Positions 1 to 8,310 of a stretch of 52,868 nt of DNA are shown piece after piece. A program made the position numbers and the translations under genes. This DNA comes from an uncultured Acetatifactor sp. (GTDB lineage Bacteria; Bacillota; Clostridia; Lachnospirales; Lachnospiraceae). The stretch lies in the NCBI GenBank assembly GCA_944381545.1, contig CALWLO010000001.1, positions 1 to 52,868 on the forward strand, in the 5' to 3' direction. The notes beneath the pieces were generated by a model. That model ran no database searches and was not told the DNA's origin. It worked only from the letters and a program-made list of their open reading frames with translations. Each line of letters opens with the position of its first letter. Position 1 is the stretch's first letter.

Positions 1-945
1 TACCCGGGCATGCACCGGATGAGCCGCCTGAAACTCCAGAATCTCCTCCGCCACGCTTTTTCCCTGACGTTTCAGATCCTGTATTTCTTCGGCAGTATAC
101 TGATATTCCTTATCCTCCTGTGAAACAGCTGCAGCCTCCCCGGGAGTCTCTTTCTCCTCCTGCAAATCTTCTTTTCCCGTATCGCTGACATCCTCCGGTG
201 CTTTTTCCCGGCTCATGATCCAGCCCATATAGCTTTGTATCACCTCTCTGGGCTGTCCCTCCTGAGCAATCAGTCCCTCCTTGATCCAGATCGCCCTGTC
301 GCAGATCTGCTCCACCTGACTCAGGGAATGGGAGACAATCACAATCGTGGTTCCCTCCGCCTTAATCTCCCTCAGGCGGTTAAAGCACTTTGCCTGATAA
401 GCAGCATCACCCACCGCCAGGATCTCATCAATCAGCAGGATATCCGCATCCACATTGATCGCCACCGAAAATGCCAGGCGCATATACATCCCTGAGGAAT
501 AAGTCCTTACAGGCACATCGATATATTCCCCCAATTCAGAGAAAGAGATAATATCCTGCAGCCTGGCATCAATTTCCGGTCTAGTGAGTCCAAAGATTGC
601 CGCATTGGTATATATATTCTCGCGTCCGCTCATATCGGGGTGAAATCCGGCTCCCAATTCAATCAGGCTGGATACCCGGCCCTTCATCACGATGGAGCCG
701 CTGCTGGGATACATGATCTTGGTCAGCAGCTTCAGTGTGGTGCTCTTACCGCAGCCATTATTGCCGATCAGTCCCACTGCCTCCCCTTTTTTTACGGAAA
801 AACTTATGCCCTTCAGTACCTCCCGCTCCTCATACCGGTTGCGGCTTCTAAACAGCACTCTTTCCTTCAGCTGTTTCCCTTTATCATAATATACCTTAAA
901 GCTTTTACATACCTGATTTACTTCAATCACATTATTCTGCTGCAT
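1..945 (-). CDS. wzt: Polysaccharide ABC transporter ATP-binding subunit (Wzt/TagH-like), 3' end runs off the window
   Basis: Missing from the ORF track and translated by hand. ATG at 945 follows GGAGG and gives MQQNNVIEVNQVCKSF. Walker A GNNGCGKST, ELGAGFHPDMSGREN, signature YSSGM, Walker B ILLIDE and the VSH loop are present. The frame is open to position 1. Confidence 0.93.
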   Translation of the reverse strand, partial: MQQNNVIEVNQVCKSFKVYYDKGKQLKERVLFRSRNRYEEREVLKGISFSVKKGEAVGLIGNNGCGKSTTLKLLTKIMYPSSGSIVMKGRVSSLIELGAGFHPDMSGRENIYTNAAIFGLTRPEIDARLQDIISFSELGEYIDVPVRTYSSGMYMRLAFSVAINVDADILLIDEILAVGDAAYQAKCFNRLREIKAEGTTIVIVSHSLSQVEQICDRAIWIKEGLIAQEGQPREVIQSYMGWIMSREKAPEDVSDTGKEDLQEEKETPGEAAAVSQEDKEYQYTAEEIQDLKRQGKSVAEEILEFQAAHPVHARV

Positions 946-971
946 AATAGCGCAACCTCCATGCCCGTCCC

Positions 972-1748
972 CTACATCTCTTCCGCAAACCCTCTCTGCA
1001 GCCTGCGGAAAGCCAGCTCCCCAATTACAAGAAAAATCACGCCCAGCACAAAGGCAGATCCCAGCGTAGCGATATCCGGAATCTGCTTATAGTACAGGAT
1101 GGCGCGATATGCCTCGACAACCGGCGTCATGGGGTTCAGTCGCCATATTACTTGAAGCTTTTCCGGCAGCATGGAGGAGGCATACATCACCGGAGTCAGA
1201 AACTGCCATGCCATCGTTATGATACTCAAAATATAGGCCAGATCCCGAAAATACACGGTTAGTGCGGATGTCAGCAACACCATGCCCAGCGCCAGGAGAT
1301 ATTCTATTGCCATTATCAGCGGCATAAACAGAAGCGCCAGCGGATTAAATCCATACCCCGTTACCAAAAGCACGCCGAACACCACCACAAAGCTGAGCAG
1401 CATATTGATAAAACAGCTTGATACAAAGGAAATCGGCATAACCTCTCTGGGAAAGTATATTTTCTTTACCATCTCCGCATTAGACAGAATGCAGCTACAC
1501 CCCCCATTGAGTGAAGAACTGAAAAAGATCCAGGGAACCAGCGCCACAAATAAAAACAGATAATATTGCTGTATATTGGTTCTCATAATTACGGAGAACA
1601 CCATGGTGTAGACAGCCAGCTGCAGCAGCGGATTCAGAAATGTCCACAGAAACCCCAATGCGGAGCCCTTATAGCGCCCCCGCAGATCCCGCCTTACCAG
1701 GCTGAAAACCATCTCCCTGTATTCATATATCTCTTTTAATAGCTTCAT
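972..1748 (-). CDS. wzm: Polysaccharide ABC-2 permease (Wzm)
   Basis: RDLRGRYKGSALGFLWTFLNPL, KKIYFPRE, FRDL, LTPVMY and LNPMT motifs; about 6 TM helices; adjacent to wzt. Confidence 0.93.
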   Translation of the reverse strand: MKLLKEIYEYREMVFSLVRRDLRGRYKGSALGFLWTFLNPLLQLAVYTMVFSVIMRTNIQQYYLFLFVALVPWIFFSSSLNGGCSCILSNAEMVKKIYFPREVMPISFVSSCFINMLLSFVVVFGVLLVTGYGFNPLALLFMPLIMAIEYLLALGMVLLTSALTVYFRDLAYILSIITMAWQFLTPVMYASSMLPEKLQVIWRLNPMTPVVEAYRAILYYKQIPDIATLGSAFVLGVIFLVIGELAFRRLQRGFAEEM

Positions 1749-1768
1749 ATCCTATACCTTTCCTGCTG

Positions 1769-2218
1769 TTATTGTACCGTCAGCCTTATGGTATCACAGT
1801 CCGCACCCTTTTCGGAAAACCAGGCCTCGCCTTCCTTCACCACATCCAGCTTTACCTGATATATCCCCGGCTCCAGACCGGAGATCCTGATTTCCTCTTC
1901 TGCGCTCTTCCCTGAAAAAATGCGGTTTATAAATTCAGTCCTTTTGTTGTCATATTCCAATAAGTTCCCGTCCGCATCATATAGATGATAGCTGAGAAAA
2001 CAGTTCTGATCATCCGTGGAAACAAGCATCCGGTTAGCGCCGTTGTCCACATAAACGGGAATCACATATTCCGGCTCGCCGGCGGCAAACAGATATTCCG
2101 GCTGCATGGCCGCAACCCTTACGGCGTAATCCTGCTGTATGGAACTGATATAAATCATTGCTCCCGTATAAATCATAGCCATTAAAACGGTAACGACGAT
2201 TTTCCACCGTATCCTCAT
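1769..2218 (-). CDS. Membrane-anchored small protein with a beta-sandwich/Ig-like domain
   Basis: Basic N-terminus and one hydrophobic helix, followed by the pattern V.V.N.....LSYHLYD..G...PG.Y.V.LDVV.EG..WFS..G. RBS AGGGGG. Confidence 0.7.
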   Translation of the reverse strand: MRIRWKIVVTVLMAMIYTGAMIYISSIQQDYAVRVAAMQPEYLFAAGEPEYVIPVYVDNGANRMLVSTDDQNCFLSYHLYDADGNLLEYDNKRTEFINRIFSGKSAEEEIRISGLEPGIYQVKLDVVKEGEAWFSEKGADCDTIRLTVQ

Positions 2219-2233
2219 AATATACCCCCTGCA

Positions 2234-2256
2234 TATCGCAAGCCTTGCTTGCGATA
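2234..2256 (-). repeat. Dispersed hairpin-RBS element, copy 1
   Basis: Minus strand TATCGCAAGC-AAG-GCTTGCGATA, then TGCAGGGGG-N6-ATG. Related copies at 14684 and 46938. Confidence 0.75.
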
Positions 2257-2385
2257 CTGCTCAATATAGAAACGTAAAATGTTCTTCACCCTTTCCCGCC
2301 CGGGCCGACATAAAATGTATACTTACCAATATTTTAGCATATGCATATAAACTAACTTTATCATACTTAGCACGCAAGTTCAAGA

Positions 2386-2426
2386 AAAAGGTGGCATTAA
2401 GCCTTAGTGCTCAAATGCCACCTTTT
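2386..2426. terminator. Intrinsic terminator after the DUF4214 gene pair
   Basis: Perfect 13-bp inverted repeat AAAAGGTGGCATT...AATGCCACCTTTT with A/T tails on both sides. Confidence 0.8.
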
Positions 2427-2440
2427 CATCTTTTCCTGTT

Positions 2441-3691
2441 TTATAGTCCGTATGATGCGATAATGCCGGTAAATTCAGGGCTGTTTGCAAAGCCGCCGAA
2501 TACGCTTTCCCGAGTCATACCTTTCTTCATATGTTCCAGATAATAATTCACGCCCGCATCCTCTCCCTCACGATCCATCATTGCCCTGTACAGGATCCTC
2601 ACATATTCTTCATCACTCAGATTCTTATTCAGCAGTTCAGGGGAGAACACGAAACCATGGGCCACTACCTGAGGTGTCTGCGTCTTCTTCACCAGGATAT
2701 CCACCCAGTAGTTTATTCCGGAGCCGTCATCATCCCGCTGCAATGTCAGCTTATATAATCTGTTGACAAAGCCTGCAATCTGGGGATTCAGATCACGTAC
2801 CTCCGTCAGAGTTACCGTTCCCTGATTAATACTGTAGGATGTACAAAGTCTGCTAAACTCAGGGGAATCTGTGAAGCCCTTCAGCACAAAATTCCTAGAG
2901 ACGCCCCCGTCCAGCACATTCAGCCAGTACTCCAGTTCCTCCTCAGCAGCCTCCCTGTCAAAGATTGCCCGATATAACACCTCCAGATATTCCCTGTTGG
3001 AGGTGTTTTTATTCACAAACTCTGGACTGTTGACAAAACCAACGATCACATCCGCACCCGCTGTGATGCCGTTAAACAACCTTTCACTCCAATAAGTCAA
3101 CCCATCGGCATCTGCTGAACGCATAAAGACCTTATTATACAGACGCTCCACAAAGGCCCTGTCCTGAATCAGACGATAGTCCTCCAGAACTACCTCCAGA
3201 GAATCCGTATTGCTGACTGCGTTGCCCAGATCCGAATAGTAGTAAGCAGTACACACACTGTTATAAGTGCCTGCAGGATACTTGCCGACATCGGTGGTAT
3301 TCCATTCAAAGGTATAGGTAGAGGTGCCTATCTGCTCATCAAAGCTGCTGACTTTTCTGGATACCATATTCGCAGCGCTGGTCTCTGTTCCTCTGTAAAT
3401 GAGGATCTCATAATAATCATTGGAGTCTCCGAAGCTTCTCACATCAAAAAGCAGCTTGATCCTGGTATTGTTGGAACCTACCAGTCCATACATAGTCGGA
3501 TTCGGCTGTATCGTACCATGTCCGCCGGCCATCACCAACCCATCGCTTTCTTGTGTCTCGCTGACTTCCACCAGTGTCAAATCATCTTCCTCTGCAAAAA
3601 CTGTCATTCCCATCATCAGGCAAAGTATTGCACAGATAATCCATCCTTTCCAGAAAAGTCCCTTTTTCATCTTTCTCATCCTTTCTCTCAA
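2441..3691 (-). CDS. Secreted protein with four C-terminal DUF4214-type repeats
   Basis: Signal peptide (MKKGLFWKGWIICAILCLMMGMTVFA), a beta-rich N-terminal domain, and four repeats of F/YV..LY....R..D..G..YW......FxxSPEF. The start may be one of the nearby downstream Mets. Confidence 0.85.
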   Translation of the reverse strand: MRERMRKMKKGLFWKGWIICAILCLMMGMTVFAEEDDLTLVEVSETQESDGLVMAGGHGTIQPNPTMYGLVGSNNTRIKLLFDVRSFGDSNDYYEILIYRGTETSAANMVSRKVSSFDEQIGTSTYTFEWNTTDVGKYPAGTYNSVCTAYYYSDLGNAVSNTDSLEVVLEDYRLIQDRAFVERLYNKVFMRSADADGLTYWSERLFNGITAGADVIVGFVNSPEFVNKNTSNREYLEVLYRAIFDREAAEEELEYWLNVLDGGVSRNFVLKGFTDSPEFSRLCTSYSINQGTVTLTEVRDLNPQIAGFVNRLYKLTLQRDDDGSGINYWVDILVKKTQTPQVVAHGFVFSPELLNKNLSDEEYVRILYRAMMDREGEDAGVNYYLEHMKKGMTRESVFGGFANSPEFTGIIASYGL

Positions 3692-3697
3692 ATGTAC

Positions 3698-6130
3698 TTA
3701 CCGGATACCAAACTCCTTCATAATATCCTTAAATTCGTCTGATGCAGCAAATCTGCTCAGCACTGTCTCTCTGGTCATTCCCCCATTCATCTCGTTGAGC
3801 CAATATGCCTTACCACTCGCCTCGGAAGATCTGTCCATAAAGGTCAGATACAGTCTTTCTATATATTCATCATTGCTTGTATGGAAATTCTTAAATTCGG
3901 GGGAGAAAAAGAACCTCTTGGCAGCGTCCTCCGCTGTCTCAGTCCCCGATGCGATCCGATCAATCCAATACTGCTTGCCCTCTGCCTCGGATTCTCTGCC
4001 CAAAGCCTTCACATACAGCCTCTCCACAAATTCACCCAGGCCTTCCAGATTGACTTCATATTCCTCGTTCTCCGAGATCACCATCAGTCCCCTGGTAATG
4101 CCTGCCGCCTGACAAAGTCTCTCAAATTCCGGAGAATTCACAAAGCCTCTCAGCACATATTTTCTGGACTTACCCGATGCCATCTCCTCTTTCCAATACT
4201 GTACCTCAGAAGGGCCGGGAGTACGGTCAAAGAACGCACTGTATAATGCTTCCAAATAACTTTCTGCATCCAACTGCTTGCCCTGGAATTCCGGACTGCC
4301 CACAAAGCCCTGCGCCACAGATGAACCGTCCATCTCGCCGCTCTGCAGTCTGGTCACATAATACTCCAGACCCGAGGCATCGGGTTCACGACCCAGAGGG
4401 ATGCGATACATTCTCTTGACAAAATCCTCTACCTGCATCGTATCCGCATCCTGACCGCTCCCCTGTACACTGTTCAGGTTAAAATCTGCCGGAGCCTGCA
4501 GGCAGGTTGCATTGCCCGCATTATCCTTCACATAAACGATGACCTTACTGCTGTCCGTCTGGGGATAACGGATCGTGAACTTACCTGTGCTGTCTGTCTG
4601 GGAGGTATATTTTACTCCGTTGACAACCACACCGCACTCATAACCCGCATAGTAATTCTGCCCGGTCACCTCGGTAGAGCTGATCTCCCTGAGAATCAGG
4701 GTATTGTTCATGATCTTGTCAGCATTGCCATTGGCGGTAAAAATAGAATTGCTGCTGAACTTATTGGCATTAACCATAACCTGGTTATTGCTTCCCGTCA
4801 TCGTACATCCGGGGTTCAGCACAATACCGCTGTTTCCGAAGTTGCTGATCCTGTTTCCGTTCAAGGATACCACAGCCCCATTATTGGTCACAATTCCATA
4901 TCCGGATGCATCCACCGTATCCTGGCTGATCACGCTGTTTTCAATATCCACCGTACTGTTCAGAATCACAACACCCATTGAACCGCTGTTCTTAACCGTC
5001 GTATCCTTAACCGTCACATTCGCCAGCTCCAGATGAAGCCCCTCGCTTCCGCTGCCGTCTATCGTACAGCCTGTTACCTTGCCGGAGGCTCCGCCTTCCT
5101 TGCCGTCGTATACAATCCCGGACCCTGCGGAATTACTGATATGGTTCCCCGTCATATCCGCACTGCTGGCCCGGGAAACCGATATACCCATTCTGCCGGA
5201 ATTCGTAACGATGTTATTGTTAAAATACACATTTGTAGAACTGTAGCTGGCCTGCAGGCCATGATTGCCTGCATGATTCACCGTATTGCCCTCTACCGTA
5301 ATGTTTTGACTGCTGGATACAATGACACCGTTGCCGTAATTCGATATATAGCTGTGCACATTGGAAATCTTGTTATTTTGTATCCATGTGCCCTCGCCAT
5401 GCTGCACCACCAGACCCTCGCCGTGATCAGAACGGGAATGATCCACCGCACACCCGTCCAACGTATTTCCTTTGATAGTGGAAGCCCGGTCCCAGTCAAA
5501 CCAGATTCCGTATTTCCCGCTCTGTGTAATGGTATTGCCGCTGACCGCCAGGGAACTGATCTGTATCGCACTGATACCGGTCTCCGTAGAATTGGTAATC
5601 TTATTACCGCTGACCTCAACCTGTTCACAGTAAAACAGATTAATACCGATACGAGCTCCGTCCACCCTGCAGCTGCTTACCCTGCTGTCCGTAACATCCT
5701 GCAGATGGATACCGGTCGAACTGCTACCGCCATAAACCTCCATATTGTCCAGTGTGATATTGCTGCTTCGGTTAAAGCAAATCACCTGCTCCCCATTCCC
5801 CCTCCAGGTACCGCCGGAAACAATAATATCCGTAGGATTAATATACTGAGAATGGGTCAGAACCGGCTGAGAACCGCTCACCGTAATATCTGCGCCCTCT
5901 GCTTTGATGGTGGTGTTGGAATATACCATCAGGGAACTGTTCAGATTGTAGGTTCCCGCCGGGATAATCACCGTTACCGTTTCATTTGTATACTCTGCTT
6001 CATTCAGCGCAGCCTGAATATTCTGTCCGCTGACAGTAACCTCTTTGGCAAATGCGGGGATGCCCCATATAAGCGCCAGCGTCAGGACTGAGACTGCCAT
6101 AGTACATATTCTATTGAGCGTTTTTGCCAT
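3698..6130 (-). CDS. Secreted right-handed beta-helix (pectin-lyase/NosD-like) protein with four DUF4214-type repeats
   Basis: Signal peptide ending AFA; V.IPAGTY.L start motif; many xxGNxIxNxxxxGI repeats; four C-terminal repeats ending SPEF/SDEF. RBS GAGGAGG. Confidence 0.88.
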   Translation of the reverse strand: MAKTLNRICTMAVSVLTLALIWGIPAFAKEVTVSGQNIQAALNEAEYTNETVTVIIPAGTYNLNSSLMVYSNTTIKAEGADITVSGSQPVLTHSQYINPTDIIVSGGTWRGNGEQVICFNRSSNITLDNMEVYGGSSSTGIHLQDVTDSRVSSCRVDGARIGINLFYCEQVEVSGNKITNSTETGISAIQISSLAVSGNTITQSGKYGIWFDWDRASTIKGNTLDGCAVDHSRSDHGEGLVVQHGEGTWIQNNKISNVHSYISNYGNGVIVSSSQNITVEGNTVNHAGNHGLQASYSSTNVYFNNNIVTNSGRMGISVSRASSADMTGNHISNSAGSGIVYDGKEGGASGKVTGCTIDGSGSEGLHLELANVTVKDTTVKNSGSMGVVILNSTVDIENSVISQDTVDASGYGIVTNNGAVVSLNGNRISNFGNSGIVLNPGCTMTGSNNQVMVNANKFSSNSIFTANGNADKIMNNTLILREISSTEVTGQNYYAGYECGVVVNGVKYTSQTDSTGKFTIRYPQTDSSKVIVYVKDNAGNATCLQAPADFNLNSVQGSGQDADTMQVEDFVKRMYRIPLGREPDASGLEYYVTRLQSGEMDGSSVAQGFVGSPEFQGKQLDAESYLEALYSAFFDRTPGPSEVQYWKEEMASGKSRKYVLRGFVNSPEFERLCQAAGITRGLMVISENEEYEVNLEGLGEFVERLYVKALGRESEAEGKQYWIDRIASGTETAEDAAKRFFFSPEFKNFHTSNDEYIERLYLTFMDRSSEASGKAYWLNEMNGGMTRETVLSRFAASDEFKDIMKEFGIR

Positions 6131-6171
6131 TCTGCTTTCCTCCTCATTTTATCTACTGCAAATCTGTGAAT

Positions 6172-6200
6172 ATTATAGCATTTCTGCTATCCTGTTTCAA
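6172..6200 (-). promoter_or_regulatory. SigA-type promoter for the beta-helix/DUF4214 genes
   Basis: TTGAAA (6200-6195), 17-bp spacer, TATAAT (6177-6172), with extended -10 TG. Confidence 0.75.
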
Positions 6201-6231
6201 GTAGCGAATACTGCCTGTCACCTATTTTTAA

Positions 6232-6367
6232 TGATATAATGACCTTATTCCGGGCTGAAAACGGCCGGATGGCCATCTGATCATGATTGCGGAGCAATTT
6301 TGATATAATGACCTTATTCCGGGCTGAAAACGGCCGGATGGCCATCTGATCATGATTGCGGAGCAAT
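6232..6367. repeat. Tandem direct repeat, two identical 67-bp copies with period 69
   Basis: TGATATAATGACCTTATTCCGGGCTGAAAACGGCCGGATGGCCATCTGATCATGATTGCGGAGCAAT at 6232-6298 and 6301-6367. A further TGATATA lies at 6370. Confidence 0.95.
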
Positions 6368-8296
6368 CATGATATATTGGTATTCGGGGGACAGATAAAA
6401 AAGCCTCTCCATCTCCTCAAGGGCCATTCCTTCCGACTTTCGCTCCAGCCAGTACAACAGACCGGGGATATCGTATTCCCGCTGCAGGATATCCCGGTAC
6501 AGCCTGCAGATATCTTCTGTGGTAACGCCCGTCTGCAGTTCTATGCACCGGGCAATGTCCGCAGCCGTATCCTCGCCGGGATGCTTCTGCTCAAATTCCG
6601 GAGACCACAGGAAGCCTGCCAGCACCATGATCGGCTCATTGTCCTGACAATATGCCTGCCAGTAAGCAATCCCCTCCGCTTCCCCCTGTCTCTGGAGCAG
6701 TTGCCGATAAAGATATTCCACAGCCTGCTGCCTGTCATCAATCCGCAGATAATTCTCATATACTTCCTGCACCGCAAGCTGCGTCTGTTTTCCGGGATCC
6801 GTCAGCAGCTTAATGCGGAAATTCTGATTGGTTCCGGCGCCGTAGTCTTCCCACCGGCCATCTGTCATAATATAACTGGTATCCATGCCTCCTTCCCCGC
6901 AACACACGATCCTGCCGCTGGTGAGGGTAGTATCCGTATAGATCCCCGCCATTTCTCCGTACAGTGTCAGCGCAACCCCTACCCTTGCTCCATACGGCAA
7001 GACAACTCCGTCCGGAAGCTCTATCGTAATATTCCCCGGAAAAGCGATCTGCCCCGTTACCGGTTCCGTCAGCAGTGACTGTTCCCCAATGCTCTTTCCT
7101 CCTGTCAGATCATAGAGCTCCAGCCGATACTCCATACCCCCTGTGGGTACCGTTATATTGACCGCCCTCAGGATTTCCTCACATCCACGGACACTCTCCA
7201 GCGTATAACAGTTTGCCACCTGTAATTTACCTTCCGCCATCTCACTGCCGTCCAAAATCGTATTATCACACTGATAGATATAGGAACAGGAATCTGCTGC
7301 CGCCTCCAGTACATAGGCGGTTTCCGCTATGGACGCATCCTCATAGGACAGCCAGAAAAAGCCCTGATCCCCGAAAACCGTCCCCCAGGTATTCTGTACC
7401 AGCCATGCGCCGTCCGACTCCGGCTGTGTCCTGAAATTCTCTTTGCGGTAATCATCATCCCACCCGATCACCGTCACTGCATGATCGGCACGCATATCAT
7501 CAGGACAATACTGTGCAGCCGTATCGTATTCATAATAGCCCAGACTGCTGCAATAAGTAATCCCGACTGCACCGTACTGCAGAACCATCCGTTTCAGCAT
7601 ATTCCGGTCTGCAGCAGGGAAAGCATATGCGCCCTTCAGTCTCAGGATTGCCGATGAGTAGGCGTCCCCGGCATCAGGCAGAGGAAGAGCCGCCTCCGAA
7701 TACGGCGCCTCTTCCTCGGGGACTGCTCCCAGATAGCTGCTGAGACTGCGGATGGCATAATCATATTTCCCGCCGTACCAAAAGCATTGTGTTGTCTGTC
7801 CATAATCCAGAAAGGTAGTACCCTCCTCCGACTGCTGTCCCGAAGTGCCGCATACAGAATGATATGTATAATAGGCCAGATGCCTTTCGGATAGATCAAT
7901 ATTGCCGATAATCCCCTGTTTCTGTCCATTAATCTGCAGCAGATCCAATGCCGCAAAAGCCCAGCAGTCCCCATAACGCTGTGCCTCTATGGTAATATCA
8001 ATGCCATCCTTACGCACATCATAAGCCTGCGGCAGCTCCAGGCTCATTACTACCGGCGCATTCCCCTGGGCATAGATATAATCCGACTCCTCTTCCAGGT
8101 AGCCGCCGGCTCCTGCCAGGGGAGCTACCTCTGCCTCAATCGCTGCTATCTCCTCCTCCGTCATGGGTCTGCCCAGAACATAATCCCTGTCCTCTGCCGT
8201 ATCCTCCTGCAATTCTGCCGCCTGGATATTTACGGAGCAGCAGGCAGCGCTTATCAGCGCTGCCAGAACAATCCTTACTCCATTCTTTCGTCTCAT
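6350..8296 (-). CDS. Secreted papain-family (C1A) cysteine peptidase with lectin-like domain and two DUF4214-type repeats (Cwp84-like architecture)
   Basis: Signal peptide; LPQAYDVR, QRYGDCWAF (Gln/Cys), DLSERHL, DHAVTVIGWDD (His), WLVQNTWG (Asn), GFFWLSY; beta domain ending NFRIKLLT; repeats LYRQLLQR..E.EG..YW and LYRDILQR..D..GL.YW. Confidence 0.88.
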   Translation of the reverse strand: MRRKNGVRIVLAALISAACCSVNIQAAELQEDTAEDRDYVLGRPMTEEEIAAIEAEVAPLAGAGGYLEEESDYIYAQGNAPVVMSLELPQAYDVRKDGIDITIEAQRYGDCWAFAALDLLQINGQKQGIIGNIDLSERHLAYYTYHSVCGTSGQQSEEGTTFLDYGQTTQCFWYGGKYDYAIRSLSSYLGAVPEEEAPYSEAALPLPDAGDAYSSAILRLKGAYAFPAADRNMLKRMVLQYGAVGITYCSSLGYYEYDTAAQYCPDDMRADHAVTVIGWDDDYRKENFRTQPESDGAWLVQNTWGTVFGDQGFFWLSYEDASIAETAYVLEAAADSCSYIYQCDNTILDGSEMAEGKLQVANCYTLESVRGCEEILRAVNITVPTGGMEYRLELYDLTGGKSIGEQSLLTEPVTGQIAFPGNITIELPDGVVLPYGARVGVALTLYGEMAGIYTDTTLTSGRIVCCGEGGMDTSYIMTDGRWEDYGAGTNQNFRIKLLTDPGKQTQLAVQEVYENYLRIDDRQQAVEYLYRQLLQRQGEAEGIAYWQAYCQDNEPIMVLAGFLWSPEFEQKHPGEDTAADIARCIELQTGVTTEDICRLYRDILQREYDIPGLLYWLERKSEGMALEEMERLFYLSPEYQYIMIAPQS

Positions 8297-8310
8297 GAAT
8301 TCCTCCTGAT

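Noticed and set aside
6314-6352. Stop-codon read-through of the protease giving ...GHPAVFSPE, echoing the SPEF repeat ending
   Set aside because: Only a four-residue match, followed immediately by TAA; likely chance.
6232-6367. Direct repeat as a CRISPR array
   Set aside because: Only two adjacent 67-bp copies with no spacer and no cas genes; it is a simple tandem duplication.
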